From contig CAYFJV010000001.1 of NCBI GenBank assembly GCA_964343575.1, positions 645,019-665,018 of the forward strand: 20,000 nucleotides of DNA, in the 5' to 3' direction. A model generated the notes under the pieces. That model was given only the letters and a program-made list of their open reading frames with translations. It made no database searches and was not told where the DNA came from. Made by a program: the position numbers and the translations under genes. Shown here piece after piece: positions 7,170 through 15,077 of the stretch. The first letter of the stretch is position 1, and each line of letters starts with the position of its first letter. Source of the stretch: an uncultured Methanosarcinales archaeon (lineage in GTDB: Archaea; Nanobdellota; Nanobdellia; Woesearchaeales; GW2011-AR9).

Positions 7170-10100
7170 ATGGTTGAATCAGTACGCATCAAGTTTAAAG
7201 GAGAAGACAAGGTATCACCTGCACTTAACAAGATCAATGCAGGCGTTGGTAGATTAACCTCTAAACTTGAAGGCACTGGCCGTATATTCTCAAGTGTCAA
7301 TAAGAAACTTCTCATTGGATTAGGTGCTATCGGTGCTGCTTTTACAGCACTAGGAGTCAAAGCTATCAAGAGCTTCGGTGAATTCGATAGACAGATTAAA
7401 AGAGTTCAAGTTCTTGCAGGTGGTACTCAGAAAGACTTTGAAAGACTTGCTGATACTGCTTTCAAACTTGGATCAAGCACTGCTTTCTCAGCACAAGAAG
7501 TAGCAGAAGCATTTGAAGAATTTGCTAAAGCAGGTTTTAATGTTAATCAAATTCTGGAAGCATCAGAATCTACACTGGGTCTTGCTACTGCAGGAAATCT
7601 CTCTTTATCGGAAGCAGTTAATATCGCTGTTGCTGCTTTGAATGCATTTGGAAGAGAGGCATCAGACACCAATAGTGTAGCTACTGTCTTAACAACCACG
7701 TTTACAAATTCTGCTCTTACTTTGCAGGATTTAGGTCAGTCATTAAAGTTCGTTGCTCCTTTAGCAGCTAATTTAGGAATTAGTTTAGAAGAGGTTAGCG
7801 CATCTCTTGGAACTCTTGCACAGGTTGGGATTCGTGGAAGCATTGCAGGTACAAGTTTAAACCAGGCAATGCTTCGATTACTGAAGCCCAGCGAGAAAGC
7901 AGCTGAAGTAACAGAAGATTTGGGAGTGAATTTCTTTACACTTAATGAATCTGCACAAGCAGCACAAGCAACAATTCAAGCTACAAAAGATCAGTTCAAT
8001 GTTCTTAGAGAAGAAGTCAGACAAAGCGATATAGAAGTTGCTAATCTCGGTGCTCAACTTGCATCAGCTAAAAGAGAGTTGAAAGCATTTGGCAAAGAAT
8101 CAGATTCAACAGAGGGTGTATCAAAAAGTGTTAGCGGATTGCAGACATTATTTGATGATGCAAGATTAAGAAATCAAGAGTTACGAGAATCTCTTGAAGC
8201 TCAAGAAAAAGAGTTTGACGCATTGCGAAGACAAGTAAGAGAGGGTTCTCAGGACTTTGTTGGATTGCGAGATGCTACCAGGCAACTTAACGATGCTTTT
8301 GCTGAGGTAAATGCTTCTACTGTCCAGAAAGCTACTGCTCTTGTAGAGATATTTGGGGTTAGAGGTGCACGTTCTGTTCTGACGCTTACTAAGGAGTTGG
8401 GCGAGTTTGATAAATTATTCAATTTGATTACAGCAACAGAATTACGGACAGAACTTGTTGATGAATCGTCATTGCGTGCTGCACTTTCAGCACAAGATAG
8501 TTTCGCAAGAGAGTTCGGCATTACATTTGAGGATCTCATTAAAGATATCGAGAAAGTTCCAGAGGGTGTAGATAAGGCATTAAGAGATTCTGCTTTGGAT
8601 GAGCGTGCAAGAGGTATCTTTAGAAATTTAAGAAGAGAAGTACAAGACCTTGGCCTTGATGCTGAATCAATAGAAGCAGTATTAGCAGACTTCTTGCCTC
8701 TTGACTCTGTTAAAGATTTTAGGAAGATTATCCAGAGTACTGATGAAGATTTTGAAACATTTTTATCTAACATTAATGCAGCTAATCAAGACGCTCAAAC
8801 GTTAAACAAAACTCTTCTTAACAACTTAGGAAGTGCATTAGAAGAATTGCAAGATACTATTACAACAACATTTATCCGAATTGGTGGAGCTATTGCTCAA
8901 CGATTAGACTTAACTAATGTTGTAAGGAATATCCAGCAAAGCATAGAGGATTTCTCAACAGGTGGAGGCGTTGAACAACTTGCAGATAGACTTGTGAAAG
9001 TGTTTAGGGTAATAGGCAGTTTCTTCAGAGGAATTGGAAAAGGTTTCAAAGAAGTATTCACTCCTGATATTGTTATTGAACTTCGAGAAGCATTTGTAAG
9101 AAACTTTGGTGTGATCAAAGATGAAGCAACAGGTTTCGGCACTGTGCTTGGCAGAGTTCTTGGCAGCATTGTTAAGGGAGCTGCACAACTGATCACCAGA
9201 ATATTAAACACGAACTTAATTGAGAATGCCAGTAGTGCATTTAAGAAACTTGGAAGAATTTTAGAAAAGATATCTCCCGCTATTGGTGCATTCGGAGCAG
9301 CATTCATTATTCTTTCACCAATCTTAGGGCCTTTGCTTTTCATTCTGAGTAAGATCGTTGGAGTTGCTGGTCTTTTCATTAGAGGCATTCTTGGAGCTGG
9401 AAGAGCGGTGAGCGGTCTTTTAGGTGGAGCAAGCAAACTTACTACTGCACTTGGCGGAGTTGTTGGAAAAGTCACTGGAGTAGGTGCTGCTGCTTCTGGA
9501 GCTGCTACAACAAGCACAGGATTTTTAGCCAAACTCGGCGCTATAGGAGGAAGCATAAAAGCTATCTTCGCAGCAATAGGCAGTGCTATCGGAGTATCTG
9601 CTGGTGCTGCAGCTGCTATTGTTGTGGCTATAATTGGAACAGTTATCGGATTCATCAATCAAGTCAGACAGAACTTCTTAGGATTAGGAGACGACTTCAA
9701 AGTTATCTTTGGAGCTGTGGTCGGGATATTCAAGGCAGTAGGGTCTGCAATACTTGAGAATCTTAGAGATGTTGGCCAGCTGATCAAGCCGATATGGGAA
9801 GGTGTCAAAGAAACATTCAACGCATTGGGGAAGATACTTGCCAGTTTGGTTGCCATTGTCATTAAACCATTTGCTAATGGCTTACGAGAAGCAGGAGAGC
9901 AAGGCATCTCTGCATTTGATATTATCAAGGGATTGGTAACCGCACTATTTGTCCCCCTAAGAATAACTCTTACAGTTCTTGGCAGTGTTTTGAAAGCTGT
10001 TGGAGCAATCGTTAATTTTGTGGCAGAGATCATCGCTGGAATAGTTGAGTTTGGTTTTGTTGTTGCAGAAGCATTCAAGAAGTTTAGAACAGAAGGATTT

Positions 10101-11288
10101 TCAGCATTTAAAGAAGTTGGAGAAGTAGCAAAGAGAATAGGAATCTCTATCTTGAAATCATTTATTGGAGCAATTGATTCTATGATCAATATCTTCATTG
10201 ATCTCATTAATGAACTGATCAATGTCGCAAAGAAAATTCCTCTCCTTAACAAACTCATCGGAGATAACTTCAAAATTGATAGAAATGTTCTGAGTAGTTT
10301 ACTTGGTTTTGCTAAAGATGCTGAAAAAGCGGTTACTCCTCAAGTGCAAGCAGCACAACAAACTGGCACATCGTTCTTTAGTGCTGCGAAGACAACACTC
10401 GGAACAGAAGGTCAGACTGTAGTAGATGCAGCTGCTGATCCATTTAGACAAGTTACTCAAGAAGCAGCACAACTAGGTGCTCAAACAGCATCTAACTTTG
10501 TGCAACCATTCACTGACCCAGTAAACATTGCACAATCTCAAGCATCTGTAAGATCAATATTTCCATCAAATGAAGAAGCACATCAAATGGGTAGGAACTT
10601 TGGTGCCGCTTTCTTTACTGGCCTTGCCGAAGGAGCTCAGGAATTAGTAGAGATTTTCAACTCAAACATTAAGCCAGTTTTCACGACGATGAATGATGCA
10701 CTAAAAGAGTTTATTACTCTTTTCTTGAGAAGCTTGTTTAGCTTAAAGATTGTACCTATTTTCTTGGATAGTTTAGCAAGAAGAATGTTTGACATCTTTG
10801 TTGGAGGATGGCGAACCATGTTTATCGCAGTGATTGATGTTACTGAGCAATCAGTTAATACTATGCTTGATAATCTCGAGAAGTTCTTCAATCAACTTGT
10901 GTCAGTTGTGAATAGGCTTATTGCTGAATACAACAGAGCAGCTGATGTTCTTGCGAGAGACATTACCAGGACAAGAACCAGAAGAGTTAGGAGGAGAACA
11001 AAGTCTGGTAAAGTTAGGACGAGAACTATCAGAACAAAAGAGATTCTTTTCAAAGGGGTGAATATTCCAAAACTTGCTCAGTTTAGTCCTGTTGATCTTC
11101 AATCTTTGCAGTTTCAGAGACCTGCTGTTCCAGCTCAATTACCTTCTCAACTTTCTACTGTTGAAGCTGGAGGCTTCACTGTAAATATTGAGAACTTTAA
11201 TGCTTCGTCTGAAGCTGATAAGCAGAAACTCTTCGCAGAGATTGACGCTTTTATTGCTAAGAAACTTGGAGAGTTGGTGAGATTATGA
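7170..11288 (+). CDS. Tail tape measure protein (TP901-type core)
   Basis: 1372 aa. Motifs LGSSTAFSAQEVAEAFEEFAKAGF, LGQSLKFVAPLAANLGISLEE, GIRGSIAGTSL, IFGVRG; Ala/Gly-rich hydrophobic middle; amphipathic helical repeats. Confidence 0.95.
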   Translation: MVESVRIKFKGEDKVSPALNKINAGVGRLTSKLEGTGRIFSSVNKKLLIGLGAIGAAFTALGVKAIKSFGEFDRQIKRVQVLAGGTQKDFERLADTAFKLGSSTAFSAQEVAEAFEEFAKAGFNVNQILEASESTLGLATAGNLSLSEAVNIAVAALNAFGREASDTNSVATVLTTTFTNSALTLQDLGQSLKFVAPLAANLGISLEEVSASLGTLAQVGIRGSIAGTSLNQAMLRLLKPSEKAAEVTEDLGVNFFTLNESAQAAQATIQATKDQFNVLREEVRQSDIEVANLGAQLASAKRELKAFGKESDSTEGVSKSVSGLQTLFDDARLRNQELRESLEAQEKEFDALRRQVREGSQDFVGLRDATRQLNDAFAEVNASTVQKATALVEIFGVRGARSVLTLTKELGEFDKLFNLITATELRTELVDESSLRAALSAQDSFAREFGITFEDLIKDIEKVPEGVDKALRDSALDERARGIFRNLRREVQDLGLDAESIEAVLADFLPLDSVKDFRKIIQSTDEDFETFLSNINAANQDAQTLNKTLLNNLGSALEELQDTITTTFIRIGGAIAQRLDLTNVVRNIQQSIEDFSTGGGVEQLADRLVKVFRVIGSFFRGIGKGFKEVFTPDIVIELREAFVRNFGVIKDEATGFGTVLGRVLGSIVKGAAQLITRILNTNLIENASSAFKKLGRILEKISPAIGAFGAAFIILSPILGPLLFILSKIVGVAGLFIRGILGAGRAVSGLLGGASKLTTALGGVVGKVTGVGAAASGAATTSTGFLAKLGAIGGSIKAIFAAIGSAIGVSAGAAAAIVVAIIGTVIGFINQVRQNFLGLGDDFKVIFGAVVGIFKAVGSAILENLRDVGQLIKPIWEGVKETFNALGKILASLVAIVIKPFANGLREAGEQGISAFDIIKGLVTALFVPLRITLTVLGSVLKAVGAIVNFVAEIIAGIVEFGFVVAEAFKKFRTEGFSAFKEVGEVAKRIGISILKSFIGAIDSMINIFIDLINELINVAKKIPLLNKLIGDNFKIDRNVLSSLLGFAKDAEKAVTPQVQAAQQTGTSFFSAAKTTLGTEGQTVVDAAADPFRQVTQEAAQLGAQTASNFVQPFTDPVNIAQSQASVRSIFPSNEEAHQMGRNFGAAFFTGLAEGAQELVEIFNSNIKPVFTTMNDALKEFITLFLRSLFSLKIVPIFLDSLARRMFDIFVGGWRTMFIAVIDVTEQSVNTMLDNLEKFFNQLVSVVNRLIAEYNRAADVLARDITRTRTRRVRRRTKSGKVRTRTIRTKEILFKGVNIPKLAQFSPVDLQSLQFQRPAVPAQLPSQLSTVEAGGFTVNIENFNASSEADKQKLFAEIDAFIAKKLGELVRL

Positions 11289-11668
11289 AATTAACAGATG
11301 AAAATCAAACATCGGACTTGTTTGTGTTCAATGATACTAATAAGGCCATCACAACTTTAGAAACTAAAGATAAAATCATTTGGATAGAGCATGACATTCC
11401 AAACAAAACAGGAAACATAAGGCATTTTATGGGAACAGGCGATAACGATGTTGTTCTAACAGGACGATTATTTGGTGATCAATCAAGCAAAGCAACTAAC
11501 AAAGGAACGCTTAGAAGTTTGGCACTAAATGGAACGATACTCTATCTTGACACAGAAGGTTACGAGGACGATCTAAATGGAAAGTACGTTATCACAGAGA
11601 TCGAAATTCCTGAACGTGGAGGAGAGGCGTGGGAATTTACGATTGTGCTTACACAATTCAATAATTGA
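11285..11668 (+). CDS. Distal tail (Dit-like)/tube initiator protein
   Basis: ATGA overlap with the tape measure stop; GGTGA SD; IEHDIP...G...VVLTG...GKYVITEIEI...WEFTIVL tube-like pattern; synteny. Confidence 0.6.
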   Translation: MKLTDENQTSDLFVFNDTNKAITTLETKDKIIWIEHDIPNKTGNIRHFMGTGDNDVVLTGRLFGDQSSKATNKGTLRSLALNGTILYLDTEGYEDDLNGKYVITEIEIPERGGEAWEFTIVLTQFNN

Positions 11669-11670
11669 AA

Positions 11671-14226
11671 ATGGCAGAACCGCACATACCTGTATTCAAA
11701 GTAAGTATAGACAACGGAGAAGGATTTCAACAGATTTCAAACCAGGTTATTAAATGGGATGCTAATGTAGCGGTAACTTCCAGAACAAATACTGCTTCTC
11801 TTGATATTAATTATGATGCATTACAACAAATACAAGACTTTGATACTTCTGCTAGGTTGAAGATTGAAGCAGGATATGATGAAAACAATTTGAAGCTTAT
11901 CTTTGATGGATTAATTCGCAACATTAGGAAAGGAAATACTGATGAGAGTTTTGATGTTGAAGCTGATGACTATTCTGTTTACATGCTTGATCGTTTTATC
12001 ACTGGTGCTTTTATTCAAACAAAAGCAGTAGACATTATTAAAGATATTATTCAGGATCAAATTCCAGAGTACACTTTTGATGAAAATTCTTTTGATGATC
12101 ATGAGTTTATTGTAGAGAACTATGCTTTTGAAGACAAGCCAATTAGTGATGTTATTGAATATCTCACTGATCTTATAGGTTTTAATTTTTGGGTGGAGAG
12201 CGATGGTGCTAATGAGATTAAATTCTTCTGCAAGTTAAGAAAGAGTGTAAATTCAAATTTTGTGCTGGAACGTGGAAAGAACTTGAAGAATTTGATATTT
12301 ATCGAAGATAAGTCTCAAATGTTCAATAGGGTTATCATTGAGGGTGACAAAAGAGAGTTTAATACTGAGGAAGGATTTCTCGGAGATGGTTCAGGCAAAG
12401 AATTTACTGTGCGTTTCAAACCACGAAACGTGAGAATAACTATTGATGGTAATCAACTGCATGGTGGTATTGAAGGAGCTGCTACAAGTCCTGATTTCTT
12501 TGTTGATTTCTTCAATAGAAAGATAACTTTTGTTAATACTCCTGCCAATTTGGCAAATATAATTGTCACTTACAGTTATGATATCCCTATCAAAGTTGAG
12601 GCTACAGATTTCGCTTCCATTGCTCGTTATGGAGAGAAAGTCCAACTTATCAAAAATAAAAATATCAAAGAGAAATCAGAAGCAAGAAAGTATGCAAGAG
12701 AATACATCAAGCAATATGGTAAACCTCTTAACATTGCAGAAGCAGATGCACCAGCAAGCGTAGATTTTGATGTTGGCAATGTCATTACAGTTATTGACTC
12801 TAATAAAGGAATTAACAGCAAGATGCAAGTGTTGGAATGCACTTACACTTTTTCAAAAAGAGATGGCTTTACTACTGTATTAAAACTTGCTCAGACAGCG
12901 CAGACAGGATCATCAGTTCTCAAAGATATCATTCTGAGATTAAAACAAGTAGAAGAATTATTGAGGGGAGACGTTGAAATTGTTACTAAGTTATCAACAT
13001 TTGAAGAAACTATCACAATTAGAATTAAGAGAATTACTGCAAAGAAAAGAGAATTGCTTAAAGGATTCACTTACAGCAGAGAAGGGGTATGGAATAAGAA
13101 AGATTGGGGAGTTGAAAACCTTGCAGCATTTGAAACATTCTTTGAATTTGGTGATAAAGATGTTTTGCATACCGACACTGTAATCTTCCAAGAAGAGGAA
13201 CTGAAAGTTGAAGTATTATTTAGCCCAGAACTTGACAAAGTTCTTGTCTGGAGTTTAGGCGAGTGGACTCAAGATTCATGGAGCGGAGAAACAGTGTTTG
13301 CCATCCCAACTCCAACTATTGAGAAGACTATCCTTGATGAATTGAAATCTGATCTTGAGAGAACTTCATTCCATCTCTCAGTGCATCCAGACTTCAGCAA
13401 CGCAACACTTTGGAGTCTGAATGGAGCAAGTCCTCCGCTATGGTCTAAGATAGGCTTTACCAAAACTCCTGTGCCTGGTGCTCCAACCCCAATAACCCAA
13501 GAGAAAGAAGCAATTGACTTACTGTCCACTGCTGAAAGAGAGAGCATAGAACTAACGCTTGATCCTCAACTAGACACAAAGAACAAGTTATGGAGTTTCA
13601 ACTATGTCTGGAGCGAAACAGGAGAAGAAATTCCTCTCATTGAACCTACGCATATCAAAGATGTAACTAATGATCTCTTGTCCAGTGAGCATATCTCTAT
13701 GGAGTTTGAATTGCCTAGCTTCATGGATGATGAACTTGTTTACAGCAGGTCTCGGTGGAGCAAGAGTCCTACGATTGAGTTTACGCCAACCGCAAATATT
13801 ATCTTGAAAGAAATAGATGAAGATATTGTCACAGGGGAAACTGTCTCCTTTAGACTCAATGAGTTGGAGGATGGATTCTTCTGGGGAATCAGAGCCTGGA
13901 GCACTGATGATTGGGGAAATATCCCTAAGAGTCTCGCTCAGCAGGACATACAGAACAGAATAGTACAGGATGATTTGGTTTCTGGAGAGGACGCCAGATT
14001 GGAGGTGTCATTTGAATCAGTCTTTAGAGGATGGGGCATAAAGCTCTGGAATCAAGACGGATGGGTGAAATTTGAACAACCAGCAGAACAGCCAGCCACT
14101 CACGATAAGTTTGAGGAAGAACTCCTAGTTGTTTCCGAAAGAGTAGGCTTCCAAAGCATCAATTCGCTTAATCAGCTGACGGATTTCATCAACTCAAAAT
14201 CAAAATGGAGTGAAGCAGCATGGTAA
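11671..14226 (+). CDS. Tail tip/baseplate hub protein with C-terminal Trp-motif repeats
   Basis: N-terminal hub-like motifs (IEAGYD...IFDGLI...VEADDY; FNRVIIEG; SIARYGEK; DVGNVITVID). About 400 C-terminal residues are repeats. Start ATG 11671. Confidence 0.75.
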   Translation: MAEPHIPVFKVSIDNGEGFQQISNQVIKWDANVAVTSRTNTASLDINYDALQQIQDFDTSARLKIEAGYDENNLKLIFDGLIRNIRKGNTDESFDVEADDYSVYMLDRFITGAFIQTKAVDIIKDIIQDQIPEYTFDENSFDDHEFIVENYAFEDKPISDVIEYLTDLIGFNFWVESDGANEIKFFCKLRKSVNSNFVLERGKNLKNLIFIEDKSQMFNRVIIEGDKREFNTEEGFLGDGSGKEFTVRFKPRNVRITIDGNQLHGGIEGAATSPDFFVDFFNRKITFVNTPANLANIIVTYSYDIPIKVEATDFASIARYGEKVQLIKNKNIKEKSEARKYAREYIKQYGKPLNIAEADAPASVDFDVGNVITVIDSNKGINSKMQVLECTYTFSKRDGFTTVLKLAQTAQTGSSVLKDIILRLKQVEELLRGDVEIVTKLSTFEETITIRIKRITAKKRELLKGFTYSREGVWNKKDWGVENLAAFETFFEFGDKDVLHTDTVIFQEEELKVEVLFSPELDKVLVWSLGEWTQDSWSGETVFAIPTPTIEKTILDELKSDLERTSFHLSVHPDFSNATLWSLNGASPPLWSKIGFTKTPVPGAPTPITQEKEAIDLLSTAERESIELTLDPQLDTKNKLWSFNYVWSETGEEIPLIEPTHIKDVTNDLLSSEHISMEFELPSFMDDELVYSRSRWSKSPTIEFTPTANIILKEIDEDIVTGETVSFRLNELEDGFFWGIRAWSTDDWGNIPKSLAQQDIQNRIVQDDLVSGEDARLEVSFESVFRGWGIKLWNQDGWVKFEQPAEQPATHDKFEEELLVVSERVGFQSINSLNQLTDFINSKSKWSEAAW
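13000..14223 (+). repeat. About eight degenerate 40-55 aa protein repeats ending in W/Y-x(n)-W motifs
   Basis: FTYSREGVWNKKDWG, LVWSLGEWTQDSWSG, TLWSLNGASPPLWSK, KLWSFNYVWSE, LVYSRSRWSK, FFWGIRAWSTDDWG, RGWGIKLWNQDGW, INSKSKWSEAAW; most are preceded by a D-L-x-S/T-x-E-like segment. Confidence 0.7.
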
Positions 14227-14687
14227 TGGAACAAAAAAAAGATACACTCAAAGCAATCGGAACTGTAAACATGCAGGTTATCGATAAAGAAGGAAAAGTC
14301 ATTGAGAGCATGACTGAAAACAAAGTCGTTGATACAGGCATCCAAGCAATGCTAAAACACATCAACGGGCAGGAAACCAGCACTATCAGTTATTTCAAGA
14401 TAGGAACTGGGACAACACAACCAACTGGAGCAGATATTGGAATGGAAATACCAGTTGACTTCGCTGTGGCAATTCCAACGAAGGTATTTGACAGCGTTGT
14501 ATTTCCCTCTCTAAGGGAAATGAAGTACCAACTGACAGTGGACTTCACCGAGGGCAACGGAAACACTCTTAGCGAAATTGGATTGTTCTTTGCAAATAAC
14601 ACCTTGTTCTCAAGGTTCTTGCATCAGGGAATCAACAAGACCAGCTTCATCAAAATAGTGTTTCAATACACCATAAAGATTGAATAA
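14226..14687 (+). CDS. Tail-collar/fibre-attachment-like protein (DUF3751-like)
   Basis: NKVVDTG...ISYFKIGTGTTQP...EGNGNTLSEIGLF...LFSR...INK; TAATG-coupled to the hub. Confidence 0.65.
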   Translation: MEQKKDTLKAIGTVNMQVIDKEGKVIESMTENKVVDTGIQAMLKHINGQETSTISYFKIGTGTTQPTGADIGMEIPVDFAVAIPTKVFDSVVFPSLREMKYQLTVDFTEGNGNTLSEIGLFFANNTLFSRFLHQGINKTSFIKIVFQYTIKIE

Positions 14688-14700
14688 GGAGGATTAAATC

Positions 14701-15048
14701 ATGGCAATAACTAAAGTTGGAAGACAGCAACTTCTTCAAGCTTTGAATAGTCAGATCACTCATTTTGCTTTGGGAACAGCTCAAGACACCGATAATGAGT
14801 TTGCTACTTCACTCGGTGCTGAACAGTTTAGAAAACCAGTTACAGCCAAAACTGTTGAAGAAGACACTAATAGCATTGATGTTGAATGCTTCATCGGATC
14901 AACTGAAGGAAACGGTAATGATTTCAGCGAGTTAGGACTGCTTGATGCACCTAGCGGAGGGAGCCTGTTTGTGATCACGAACTTCCCTCCAGAGACCAAA
15001 TCATCGCTCTTAGAGTGGTTGATAGATGTCGTGATTGAAATAAAATAA
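14701..15048 (+). CDS. Second tail-collar/fibre-attachment-like protein (paralog of the previous gene)
   Basis: ITKVGRQQLL...ITHFALGT...EQFRKPV...EGNGNDFSELGL; shares EGNGNxxSExGL with the previous gene; GGAGG SD. Confidence 0.65.
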   Translation: MAITKVGRQQLLQALNSQITHFALGTAQDTDNEFATSLGAEQFRKPVTAKTVEEDTNSIDVECFIGSTEGNGNDFSELGLLDAPSGGSLFVITNFPPETKSSLLEWLIDVVIEIK

Positions 15049-15064
15049 TATTAAGAAAAAAATA
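15043..15064 (+). promoter_or_regulatory. 22-bp motif copy 2 (AAATAATATTAAGAAAAAAATA)
   Basis: Identical to 4850..4871; 13 nt before ATG 15078. Confidence 0.65.
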
Positions 15065-15077
15065 GGATGGTGATACT

